Source: Bdellovibrionales bacterium
Lineage (GTDB): Bacteria; Pseudomonadota; Alphaproteobacteria; Micavibrionales; UBA2020
Direction: 5' to 3'
Length of the DNA stretch: 64,000 nucleotides
NCBI GenBank assembly: GCA_038247245.1
Contig: JBBRVE010000005.1
Location: 737 to 64,736 of the forward strand
Shown: positions 18,776 to 27,709 of the stretch, piece after piece
How the letters are laid out: each line of letters begins with the position of its first letter
How positions within the stretch are numbered: the stretch's first letter is position 1
Made by a program: the position numbers and the translations under genes
The notes under the pieces: model-generated
Databases searched by the model: none
What the model was told of the DNA's origin: nothing
Seen by the model: the letters and a program-made list of their open reading frames with translations, nothing else

Positions 18776-19726
18776 TTAAACGCGGAACGGCTTCTGCGGG
18801 CCGGAAGTGCCGCCCGTATTGCGCTTGCCGATCACATCGGATTCCGCCGCTTCACCGCCCAGCTTCACGAATTCGGCGAGCGCCTTGCGGAGCGCTGCTT
18901 CGGCGATGTTGTCGAAATTTTCGGGCGCGGAAGTTGTCTCCACGCCGCTGCGCGTGTTTTCGTTGATGACCGTGCGCTCGCGGCTTTCGAAATTGAAAAT
19001 TTCGGTCAGGCGGCGGTTGATGTCGGGGATCTCGCCGATATGCGTCACCTGATGTTCGCCGGTGCGTAACCATCGGTCATTGCCGCTATAGGCGGCTGCG
19101 GCTGGTTGCTGCGCGGCGGGTTCATCTTTGGCGACCGGTGTCTCGAGGATTTTCTGCAGGTGCGCGCCCTTGGTGGTTGCGATATCCATCTGCGTCTGGC
19201 CTTTTTTGTCGGGTATGTCGGTGCGCGCACCGCTTTGCACCAGAAATTCCACCACGTTCGCATGGCCCTGAATGACCGCCCAATGCAGGGGCGTGTAGCC
19301 ATTATTGACGATCACCGTATCGAGATCGGCGTTATAACTTACCAGCAGCTTCACCAGTTCGATATCTCCCTGATGCGCGGCGAAATGCAGGGGGGTGATG
19401 TAATCGGCGGCATGGGCGTTCACATCCGCGCCGCGCTTGACCAGCACTTTAGCAGCCTCGCGCCGCTTGTTAATCAGGCTGAGTGTCAGCGGCGTGTGGC
19501 CTTCCTTGTCAGGCGTGTCTGCGCTGAGGCCGAATTTCAGCATGGTATTGAGGATATCTGCATGGCCCAGCTTGGCGGCATGGGCGATGGCGGTCATGCC
19601 CGCTTCGTCGCGCGCGTTCAAATCGACTTTGCGGCTGTTGAAATAGTATTCCTTCACATAGCGCGTGACGGTTTTCTCGTCGTTGTCTTTCACGGCCTGA
19701 AGGAATTTTTTTACGCTGTCGAACAT
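18776..19726 (-). CDS. ankyrin-repeat protein with C-terminal TEIFNFESRER domain
   Basis: GMTAIAHAA, GHTPLTLS, TPLHFAAHQG, GYTPLHWAV..GH repeats. Confidence 0.88.
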   Translation of the reverse strand: MFDSVKKFLQAVKDNDEKTVTRYVKEYYFNSRKVDLNARDEAGMTAIAHAAKLGHADILNTMLKFGLSADTPDKEGHTPLTLSLINKRREAAKVLVKRGADVNAHAADYITPLHFAAHQGDIELVKLLVSYNADLDTVIVNNGYTPLHWAVIQGHANVVEFLVQSGARTDIPDKKGQTQMDIATTKGAHLQKILETPVAKDEPAAQQPAAAAYSGNDRWLRTGEHQVTHIGEIPDINRRLTEIFNFESRERTVINENTRSGVETTSAPENFDNIAEAALRKALAEFVKLGGEAAESDVIGKRNTGGTSGPQKPFRV

Positions 19727-20838
19727 TACGGCATCCTCGCCGTTTTATTGAGCGTGCGTTTGGTCAGCTGCGTGTCATCCAGCGCGCCGCCGAAATCGCG
19801 GTAGGCGGTCGCGGCCTTCTGCAATGCCGCTTCATCCAGCGTGTCGAAGCTTTGCGGCGCTGCCATGTTTTCAGCGCCCGTGCGCAGGTTTTCCGATATC
19901 ACGATGCGCTCGCGGCTTTCGAAATTGAAAATCTCGGTCAGTTTGCGCTCCAGCGCAGGATAGATGCCCACATGCGCAACCTTGCCCTCGCCCATGCGCA
20001 GCCATGTTTCGGTTTCTTTTTCCGTCGTATCGGGCATGTCGTAACCGGGGCGAGCGATCTTTTCAAACGGCGTCAGCAACCGGACGGCGAATTCGTTGCC
20101 GTGCGAACGGGCGTATTCCAGCGCGTTGAGGCCGTTGTTGGTTTTGACGTCGGGATTTGCGCCTTTTTCAATCAGGTGCTCGATCATCTGCTGGCGATTA
20201 TAGACAATCGCCCAATGCAGGGGGCTGTAGCCGTTCGCGCTGTCGCGCTGGTTAATATCCGCGCCGCTGTCCAGCAGCAGCGTCACCATTTTCTGCGAAT
20301 TGTTGATCGCTGCGTAATGCAGGGGGCAGCGTTTCTGGTCGTCATTTATATCGATATCAGCGCCTGCCGCGAGCAGCAATTTTACGATTTCAGTACGGTC
20401 GTGTTGCGCCGCCTGCAACAAAGGCTGGTTCAGGTTCGGGTCGGCCTTCGCCTCCAGCAGATACGTAACCCCCGTGGCGCTGCCACGTGCTGCCGCGATA
20501 GACAATGGCGTAGCGCTGCCTTGCGCTTTGCCATTCGCATCGGCGCCGTTGACCAGAAAATGGCGCAGCGCCTCGTTGCGGCCATTCATTACGGCGATGG
20601 CAAGCGGCGTGTAATGGATGCTGCCTGTGGCCTCGATATCCGCACCTGCGTCCAGCAGCGCGTCAATCGTGTTTATCTTGCCCGCCTTGGCGGCAAGGTG
20701 CAGGGCGGTATAGCCCTCGCGATCGGTCACTTTCAGGTATTCGGCGGCATGCTTGCCCGCCAGATAGCTTTTCAGCACATCCACATCGCCACGCTCGGCG
20801 GCCTTCAGGAAGCCTTTATTGGTGTGCATCAGGGGCAT
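19726..20838 (-). CDS. ankyrin-repeat protein with C-terminal TEIFNFESRER domain
   Basis: GYTALHLAA, YTPLAIAV, TPLSIAA, PLLQAA, CPLHYAA, GYSPLHWA repeats; TAATG coupling to the next gene. Confidence 0.88.
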   Translation of the reverse strand: MPLMHTNKGFLKAAERGDVDVLKSYLAGKHAAEYLKVTDREGYTALHLAAKAGKINTIDALLDAGADIEATGSIHYTPLAIAVMNGRNEALRHFLVNGADANGKAQGSATPLSIAAARGSATGVTYLLEAKADPNLNQPLLQAAQHDRTEIVKLLLAAGADIDINDDQKRCPLHYAAINNSQKMVTLLLDSGADINQRDSANGYSPLHWAIVYNRQQMIEHLIEKGANPDVKTNNGLNALEYARSHGNEFAVRLLTPFEKIARPGYDMPDTTEKETETWLRMGEGKVAHVGIYPALERKLTEIFNFESRERIVISENLRTGAENMAAPQSFDTLDEAALQKAATAYRDFGGALDDTQLTKRTLNKTARMP

Positions 20839-20873
20839 CGCGATCCTGTCATTGGAATCCGAGGAACAGGCGT

Positions 20874-20902
20874 ACTATAGAAAATAGGGGTTACTATGTC
20901 AA
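20874..20902 (-). promoter_or_regulatory. sigma70-type promoter of ankyrin pair
   Basis: minus strand TTGACA-N17-TATAGT. Confidence 0.7.
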
Positions 20903-20971
20903 AGCGGAATCGGCGATTGTTAATTACCATAACGCACAACATCTGGCGCTTATATATTTGCGCGGGGGGAA

Positions 20972-21634
20972 GTGACAGTGTTTATCCGCCTTCATATGCT
21001 GGCACATCTAGGACAGGGCATTTTGGCGACATATCAGGAAATTTTCGGGCTGGTGGCGTTCCTTATCGGGCTATGGGGGACGGGCGTATATGTCGCCTCC
21101 ATCTTCCGCGGCGAAACGCGCCCGCATGTATACACGCATCTGGTTTGGGGCCTCGTCACGCTGATCGCGTTTCTGGGGCAGCTGGCCGATCACGCAGGGC
21201 CCGGCGCATGGGCGCTGGGCATCACGGCGGCGGCGTGCCTGTTTCAGGCTGGCCTTGCGCTGAAATGGGGCGAGAAAAACATCACGCGCGGTGACAAGCT
21301 GTCACTTGTCGCAGCCTTCGTCGCGGTCGTGCCGTGGATGATGACGGATGATCCGTTATTGTCGGTCGTGCTGGCATCGGTCATCAGCGGCGTCGCGTTC
21401 TTCCCGACGATCCGCAAATCATGGACAAAACCGGACGAAGAAAACCTGACCGCCTATATGATCGCGAATGTGAAACTGGGGCTGTCACTTGTCGCACTCA
21501 CGCATTTCACGGTGACAACGCTTGTGTATCCTGTGTCGTCCATCGTGATTAACACGGCGTTTGTTTTGTTATGCGTTTCCCGCCGCGCCGCCTTGGCCCC
21601 CTCTACCGCCCTTGCGGGAGAGGGCGGGGGGTGA
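20972..21634 (+). CDS. hypothetical multi-pass membrane protein (start uncertain)
   Basis: About 6 hydrophobic segments; SIFRGETRPHVYTHLVW and FFPTIRKSW.KP.EE motifs. Confidence 0.7.
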   Translation: MTVFIRLHMLAHLGQGILATYQEIFGLVAFLIGLWGTGVYVASIFRGETRPHVYTHLVWGLVTLIAFLGQLADHAGPGAWALGITAAACLFQAGLALKWGEKNITRGDKLSLVAAFVAVVPWMMTDDPLLSVVLASVISGVAFFPTIRKSWTKPDEENLTAYMIANVKLGLSLVALTHFTVTTLVYPVSSIVINTAFVLLCVSRRAALAPSTALAGEGGG

Positions 21635-21720
21635 GGGTGAGTCTGGGATGGAATGCCCGTCAATTCTCGCACTGACACGCACCCCCACCCTGACCCTCCC
21701 CCGCAAGGGCGGGAGAGGGG
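21597..21720. repeat. palindromic miniature element (CCCCTCTCCC...GGGAGAGGGG type)
   Basis: About 40-bp imperfect inverted arms: ccccctctaccgcccttgcgggagagggcggggggtgagggtg / cacccccaccctgaccctcccccgcaagggcgggagagggg. Confidence 0.75.
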
Positions 21721-21747
21721 ATAAGGGCGCGGTAGTGTTTTAAAATA

Positions 21748-23826
21748 TTACAGGCAGAAATTCTGCAGCTTCGGCGAAGGGCCGTTGCCTTTGCTGATGG
21801 GCTGGGTGGCTTTCACGAGGAACTCCGCAGCCGAAGGATCAACCTTGTCCAGCAGTGGCTTCAGCGTGTTGCGGACTTCCGTGTGGTAATCGTTCAGCCA
21901 TTTCAATTCTTCGGGCGTCAGCAGGGCAGGCTCGACCAAATTGGTGTCGATGGGCGCCATGGTGAGCGTCTTGAAGCCCAGCAGTTTCTTGCCATCCGCA
22001 TCCACCTTGCCCGTATCAATCACGGTCACGAGGTTTTCGATACGGATGCCGTATGCGCCTTCCTTGTAAAACCCCGGTTCGTTCGACACGATCATGCCGG
22101 CTTCGAACGGCACGGTGGTGGAGCGCGGTGAAATGCCCGCAGGGCCTTCATGCACGGAAAGATAGCTGCCCACGCCATGGCCGGTGCCATGCGCGTAATC
22201 AAGGCCGACTTCCTTCAGCGCGGCGCGCGCCTTGTCGTCCAGCGCCTTGCCCACGGTGCCTTCGGGGAATACGCTCATTGCGACCTGAATATGCCCCTTC
22301 AGCACGCGGGTGTTGTGTTCCTTCATCTCCGCCGTCACGTTATCGACCGCGACGGTGCGGGTAATATCGGTCGTGCCGTCAAGGTATTGCGCGCCGGAAT
22401 CGACAAGATAGATAGGCCCTGCGATTAGCGGCTTGTTGGTTTCGGGCGACGAGCGATAATGCACAATCGCGCCGTTGCCGCCCGCACCGGAAATGGTGTC
22501 AAAGCTCAGGCCACGGAAATTCTGCCCCTGCTCGCGGAAGGATTGCAGCAGGTCGGATGCCGTCAGTTCGTCGTATTTCGCCGCCTGACCCTGACCGCAG
22601 ATGGATGCCAGAAAGCGCGTGACAGCCACGCCGTCGCGGATATGCGCGTCGATCGTGCCCTGAATTTCCACCGCGTTCTTTTTCGCTTTCATCAGCTGGA
22701 TCGGGCTTTTTTCGGCAATCATCGCGCCGCCCGCCGTCTTGATGATGTCTTCGACCTTGGCGGGGGAGGAGCCGGGATCAACCCAGACCTTCTTACCCTG
22801 TTTCGCCAAGGCCTCGATGCCGCCCGCGAATGCCGCAAGGTCGTGCAGGCGCACATCGGCGCCCACCCAAGCTTTCGTTTCCTCGGTCACCTTGCGGCTG
22901 TCGATATACCAGTCAACAGATCCGTCCTTGTGCGCGATGGCATAGGAAAGGGCGAAGGGCGTGCAGGGCACGTCGCCGCCACGGATGTTGAGAAGCCATG
23001 CAATTTCTTCGGGCAGCGCGACCGCGATCGCATCCGCGCCTTTTGTGGTCAATGCCTGCGCCAGGTCGTTGCGCTTGTCGTCCGACGTCTTGCCGGCGAA
23101 TTGCAGAGGTTGCGGCACAACGGGGGCGAGCGGCGCGGGCGGCTGGTCTTTCCACGCGGCGTCCAGCGGGTTGTCCTGCAGCAGAACCAGCGTGCCGCCG
23201 GCCTTTTCGACCGCATCCTTGATGCGTTTCAGATCATTGGGCGTATGCACCCACGGATCGACGCCGAAGCGCGCGCCGGCGGGCAAATTCTTTTCGATCC
23301 ATTCAACCGGCGACATGGTCGGGATCGGCGCCTGATTTTCCGACACGTTGCAGATCTGGAATGATTTGTCGTCAACTTGGGCGCGGGATTGCAGCGTGTA
23401 GCGGCCATCGGTGAAAAAGCCGGCCTTGTCGTTCAGCACCACCGCATAACCGGCGGAGCCTGTGAATTCGGTGATCCAGGCAAGGCGTTCGGCGCGGGCC
23501 GGCACATATTCGCCCTGAAATTCATCGGCGCGGGGAATATAGAAACCATCGACGCCGCGCTTCGCCATTTCGGCGCGAAGATCCGCCAGTTTATCCTGCT
23601 TCACATTGTTCTGGTTGGCGGCGAGGTGTTCTTTCAATGCGGCCAGCTGCTGCACGGTTTCGGCATTGTCGTTGGTCTGGAACAGGCGCGCCCAGCGTTG
23701 CGGCTCGCCAAGGTCGGCGGGCGCGGCGTTGATGCCACGCAACGTTTCCTTCACTTCCTCGACCGAGCGTTTTTCGCCGGAAGCGGAGAGGAGGGATTTC
23801 AGGTGCTCGTCGCCTTTATAGCTCAT
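21748..23826 (-). CDS. aminopeptidase P family protein (Xaa-Pro, M24)
   Basis: DEFQGEYV..RL.W.T.FTGSAG, DGRYTLQ, DSGAQYLDGTTDITRT, HGTGHGVG.YLSVHEGP, SNEPGFY, GIRIEN. Confidence 0.92.
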   Translation of the reverse strand: MSYKGDEHLKSLLSASGEKRSVEEVKETLRGINAAPADLGEPQRWARLFQTNDNAETVQQLAALKEHLAANQNNVKQDKLADLRAEMAKRGVDGFYIPRADEFQGEYVPARAERLAWITEFTGSAGYAVVLNDKAGFFTDGRYTLQSRAQVDDKSFQICNVSENQAPIPTMSPVEWIEKNLPAGARFGVDPWVHTPNDLKRIKDAVEKAGGTLVLLQDNPLDAAWKDQPPAPLAPVVPQPLQFAGKTSDDKRNDLAQALTTKGADAIAVALPEEIAWLLNIRGGDVPCTPFALSYAIAHKDGSVDWYIDSRKVTEETKAWVGADVRLHDLAAFAGGIEALAKQGKKVWVDPGSSPAKVEDIIKTAGGAMIAEKSPIQLMKAKKNAVEIQGTIDAHIRDGVAVTRFLASICGQGQAAKYDELTASDLLQSFREQGQNFRGLSFDTISGAGGNGAIVHYRSSPETNKPLIAGPIYLVDSGAQYLDGTTDITRTVAVDNVTAEMKEHNTRVLKGHIQVAMSVFPEGTVGKALDDKARAALKEVGLDYAHGTGHGVGSYLSVHEGPAGISPRSTTVPFEAGMIVSNEPGFYKEGAYGIRIENLVTVIDTGKVDADGKKLLGFKTLTMAPIDTNLVEPALLTPEELKWLNDYHTEVRNTLKPLLDKVDPSAAEFLVKATQPISKGNGPSPKLQNFCL

Positions 23827-24734
23827 ACGGGTTTCTCCAGACTGAACCAGGTTATTTCATGTTTGTTGTGATACAAATGGATAGCATACGACCCCTCGAT
23901 GTCAAGGAAGGGCTGGATGGCCTTGAAGTCGGTATCCCCTTGTAATTTAATCGTAGTTACAAAGTTGCGCGCAAAACCCTGATCGCGCCAGTCGCTCACA
24001 AGGCGGAAGAGGCGTTCCGGATAACATATGACATCTGAAAACAGCCAGTCGACCGGGCCGATATCCTTCGGCGCAATCGAAAACGCACTTTGCTCCATGT
24101 ATTTCACGCGCGGCAGTTTCGCGATGTTGGGGGCGAGCGGCGCTTTGTCGACGCTGATGACGTTCGCGCCAAGGCTGTGCAAAACCCAGGTCCAGCCGCC
24201 GGGGGCGGAGCCGAAATCGATGCAGGTCTCGCCGTTTTTCGGCATCTTGCCGCCACGGGTGAGCGCCTCCCACAATTTCAGGTAGGCGCGGTTGGGCGGC
24301 TCGCCCTTGTCCTCGTCGAATTTATACGCGCCGTTCGGCACGGGTTCGGAACAGGCGGGCGAGGCGAGGATCAGGTTTTCCTTCACCAGCGTCCATGATC
24401 CCAGCGGCGCGGTAATCAGCGGCTGCCCGAATTTCAGCGGCTTGCCGCCCACATGCGGCAGTTTTTCAGTGATAAGGCCGGAACGGCGGTGAAAATCGAA
24501 ACCGTAATTCCACCAGTTGCGCTGCAAAGACTTTAACTTTTTTGCGGCATCGCCGATGGAGGACACTTCAATCCATTGCGGGTTCAGCCAGCTGTTTTCC
24601 GCCCAGATCACGCGCCGCGCGGGCTTTTTTGAAATGACAAGGCGTTCATGCACATCATCCACATCATCGCCGAGTTCGGCCACCAGTTCATGGACGAAAC
24701 CTTCAGGCGCCAGATAGGCTGAAAAATCGCTCAT
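23823..24734 (-). CDS. SAM-dependent methyltransferase, FtsJ/RlmM-like
   Basis: PPNRAYLKLWEA, IDFGSAPGGWT, SVDKAPL, DWLFSDV, KL, HNKHE catalytic-type residues. Confidence 0.8.
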   Translation of the reverse strand: MSDFSAYLAPEGFVHELVAELGDDVDDVHERLVISKKPARRVIWAENSWLNPQWIEVSSIGDAAKKLKSLQRNWWNYGFDFHRRSGLITEKLPHVGGKPLKFGQPLITAPLGSWTLVKENLILASPACSEPVPNGAYKFDEDKGEPPNRAYLKLWEALTRGGKMPKNGETCIDFGSAPGGWTWVLHSLGANVISVDKAPLAPNIAKLPRVKYMEQSAFSIAPKDIGPVDWLFSDVICYPERLFRLVSDWRDQGFARNFVTTIKLQGDTDFKAIQPFLDIEGSYAIHLYHNKHEITWFSLEKPV

Positions 24735-25294
24735 GGGGATTTGGGGCGGATCAGCGTGGATTTGCGCAAGGCAGTTGCGCTGTCGAACACCTGCGCCGCA
24801 TCGTTATCATTCACCACGGCATTTCTTGCTGCGTGGGTGATGATTTCCTGCTGGAATTTCACCAATGCGTCGGGGTCGTTTTTCAGGTCGAAAACAATCG
24901 CGCGCACGTTGGATGTAGCAACGCCGTCTTCGATTTTTATTTCCGCGCCGTTATAACGGATATCGAAATTCGACAGCCCGATCTGCAGCGCGTTCTTGCC
25001 GCCCGACTTGGTCGCAAGGCCGAACAGCCGGTGGATGCTGCCGATGCGTAACACGCCGCTGATCGGCACGGTCACGCTGGCATTGCTGAAAAGGTCGAAC
25101 GCCTGTTCCGATGAATCGCCGAAAACTTCCAGCGAAACGTCGATGCCCGCTTCCTTTAATTCGCCAATCGCGGTGCTGATATTTTGCAGCGCCTTGTCGA
25201 AGCCGGATTTCGCGCCATAGCTTGCGAATTCGTCCTTCGCGGCGTTGAATTCTGCGGTGATTTTTTCGCGGGGTAAACGCTTCATGGCATCCAT
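24731..25294 (-). CDS. hypothetical protein
   Basis: About 187-aa ORF with host-like codon use, ATGA overlap with the downstream methyltransferase; start trimmed to MDAMK; upstream TTGCCA-N16-TATAGT at 25316-25343. Confidence 0.7.
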   Translation of the reverse strand: MDAMKRLPREKITAEFNAAKDEFASYGAKSGFDKALQNISTAIGELKEAGIDVSLEVFGDSSEQAFDLFSNASVTVPISGVLRIGSIHRLFGLATKSGGKNALQIGLSNFDIRYNGAEIKIEDGVATSNVRAIVFDLKNDPDALVKFQQEIITHAARNAVVNDNDAAQVFDSATALRKSTLIRPKSP

Positions 25295-25439
25295 TAGAAT
25301 CTGGTTAAGGGTTCCACTATAGTGAAATAATATACCTTGGCAATATGAAAACTGCAGGAGTTGCGTTTGCTTGCGAGGAAGGGTGGGGTGGGATAAAACT
25401 AATGACACTATAATTTCACCAGTTTCCGGAATATCGCAC

Positions 25440-26849
25440 ATGCAGACAGCCAAGAAAACCTTCGCCGCCACCCACACATTCGACCAGAGCATCCTGCGCG
25501 AATACGACATTCGCGGCACAGTTGGCAATACCTTGAAGGCAGATGACTGCTATTTCATCGGTCGCGGCTTTGGCACTGTCTTGAAACGCAAGGGCGGTAC
25601 GACGATTGCGGTGGGCTTTGACGGCCGCGAAAGCTCCCCCGAATTTGCCGAACACGCGATCCGTGGGTTGATGGATTGCGGCCTCACGGTCGAGGCGATC
25701 GGCTTGGGCCCCACCCCCATGGCCTATTTCACCATGAAATCACGCGACCTTGATGCGGCCATTCAGGTTACCGGCTCCCACAGCCCGCTGTCGTATAACG
25801 GCATCAAGATGACCTTCAAGGACCAGTCGTTCTTTGGCGCGGATATCCAGAAACTGGGCAAAATGGTGGCCGCCGGTGATTTCGAGACGGGGCAGGGTAC
25901 TGTCACCGAAATCGATATTCAGGATATTTACGTCGACCGCCTTGCCAAGGCTTATGACGGCCCGAAAGATTTGAATGTGGCATGGGATAACGGCAATGGC
26001 GCGGCGGGTGAAATCCTGCGCCGCCTTGTGAAAAAACTGCCCGGCAAACACACGCTGATTTTCGACGAGATCGACGGCACGTTTCCGAACCACCACCCCG
26101 ACCCGACGGTTGCTAAAAACCTTGTCGACCTGCAAAAGCTGGTCAAGGACGTGAAGGCCGATGTGGGCATCGGTTTCGATGGCGATGCCGACCGTATCGG
26201 CGCGGTCGATGGCGATGGCAGTATCCTGTGGGCGGATCTGCTGATGGCGGTCTACGCGCAGGAAGTGCTGAACACCCATCCCGGCGCGTATATCATCGCC
26301 GACGTGAAATGCAGCCGCGTGCTGTTCGATGAAATCGAACGCCTTGGCGGCAAACCCGTCATGTGGATCACCGGCCATTCGCTGATCAAGCAAAAGATGC
26401 GCGAACTGAACGCGCCGCTGGCGGGCGAGCTTGCGGGCCATATCTGCTTTGCCGATAAATATTACGGCTTCGACGATGCGATTTATGACGCTGTGCGCCT
26501 GCTGAACATTCTCAGCCATTCCGGCAAGTCGCTGTCGCAGCTGACCGCGCATCTGCCGAAAATGCAGAACACCCCCGAAATCCGTTTCCATGTTCCGGCG
26601 GAGCGTAAATTCGACATCGCGCCCGAAATCAAGGCGCGCCTGAAAGCGGAAGCGGCCAAGGATGTCGAGATCATCGATATCGACGGCGTGCGCGTGACAA
26701 CGCCCGATGGCTGGTGGCTGATGCGCCCGTCGAACACCGAAGACGCGCTGACCATCCGCGCCGAAGGATTTAACGCCGAAGGGCTGGAGCGTTTGAAAAA
26801 CCAGCTGATCGACCAGCTGAAACAAAGCGGTATCGGATCGCCGTTCTAA
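25440..26849 (+). CDS. phosphomannomutase/phosphoglucomutase
   Basis: REYDIRG, TGSHSP..YNG.K active-site Ser loop, FPNHHPDP, FDGDADR metal loop. Confidence 0.93.
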   Translation: MQTAKKTFAATHTFDQSILREYDIRGTVGNTLKADDCYFIGRGFGTVLKRKGGTTIAVGFDGRESSPEFAEHAIRGLMDCGLTVEAIGLGPTPMAYFTMKSRDLDAAIQVTGSHSPLSYNGIKMTFKDQSFFGADIQKLGKMVAAGDFETGQGTVTEIDIQDIYVDRLAKAYDGPKDLNVAWDNGNGAAGEILRRLVKKLPGKHTLIFDEIDGTFPNHHPDPTVAKNLVDLQKLVKDVKADVGIGFDGDADRIGAVDGDGSILWADLLMAVYAQEVLNTHPGAYIIADVKCSRVLFDEIERLGGKPVMWITGHSLIKQKMRELNAPLAGELAGHICFADKYYGFDDAIYDAVRLLNILSHSGKSLSQLTAHLPKMQNTPEIRFHVPAERKFDIAPEIKARLKAEAAKDVEIIDIDGVRVTTPDGWWLMRPSNTEDALTIRAEGFNAEGLERLKNQLIDQLKQSGIGSPF

Positions 26850-26871
26850 TCTTTAACCCAAGGGGAATATC

Positions 26872-27513
26872 ATGGACGTCCTGCTGAGCCCGCGCGTGAT
26901 GGAATTGATCGCATCACGCATCTGCCACGATCTGGTCAGCCCCGTGGGCGCGGTCAGCAACGGTGTGGAACTCATGCAGGAACTGGGCGATGACGCGGGC
27001 GAGGAAGCGATGAAGCTGATCGCCGACAGCGCGCTGCAGGCCTCCATCCGCCTGAAGGCGTTCCGCCTGTCCTACGGCGCGGCGGGCACCGACAAAAACG
27101 TCGGGTTCAAGGATATCCGCGATGTGTTTTCCGACCTTTTGAAATCCGGCCGTATTCAGGCAGAGTTCGAGCCTGATCTGGGCGTCAAATTTTCGATGCC
27201 GCCGCGCGGTTTTTTCAAAGTCCTGCTGAACCTGCTGGTGCTTGCCGAAGAATGCAACCACGGCGAAGGCAAAATTTCCGTCTCCGCGCTGGAAGGCAAC
27301 AAGGGCCTGAAAATCCTTGTCACCGGAAAAAATCCCGGTTTCCGCGAAGGTGCCGAAGCCGCGCTGCGCGGTGAAACGGCTGCCGACGACCTCGACCCGC
27401 GTTCTGTCCATGCGTATGTGACGGGCAAATTCGCGCAAGTGTTTGACCTGAAACTGACCTGGACATCGCAGGCGGATTTCGGCCGCGTGGAATTCCAGCT
27501 GCATACCTCCTGA
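26872..27513 (+). CDS. chpT: histidine phosphotransferase ChpT
   Basis: ASRICHDLVSPVGAVSNGVEL, FRLSYGAAG, LDPRSVHAY. Confidence 0.88.
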   Translation: MDVLLSPRVMELIASRICHDLVSPVGAVSNGVELMQELGDDAGEEAMKLIADSALQASIRLKAFRLSYGAAGTDKNVGFKDIRDVFSDLLKSGRIQAEFEPDLGVKFSMPPRGFFKVLLNLLVLAEECNHGEGKISVSALEGNKGLKILVTGKNPGFREGAEAALRGETAADDLDPRSVHAYVTGKFAQVFDLKLTWTSQADFGRVEFQLHTS

Positions 27514-27653
27514 TCCGTTTAAAACCGCGCGCGATATTCGCCAGCAAAGTCAGATCCTTGCGGATTTGAAATTGCGTTTTTCGCATTTATATGTTATGTT
27601 TAAAAGGATAACGGTTATTGAACATGGTGAAAAAGGGACTAAAAACCGATAGA

Positions 27654-27681
27654 TTGACATAATTCAACGGCGCGCTAAACT
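27654..27681 (+). promoter_or_regulatory. sigma70-type promoter of ankyrin gene 27710
   Basis: TTGACA-N16-TAAACT. Confidence 0.5.
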
Positions 27682-27709
27682 ATACCTGTTCCAAAACCCG
27701 AGGTTACCG

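Noticed and set aside
17870-19940. Repeated TEIFNFESRER-coding DNA considered as a DGR template/variable repeat pair
   Set aside because: All copies are in-frame in paralogous genes, differences are not adenine-specific, and no reverse transcriptase is in the window.
21561-21743. 60-aa ORF containing PTLTLPRKGGRG
   Set aside because: Translation of the palindromic repeat.
21748-21760. Aminopeptidase C-terminus NFCL as a CaaX prenylation motif
   Set aside because: Cys is at position -2, not -4.
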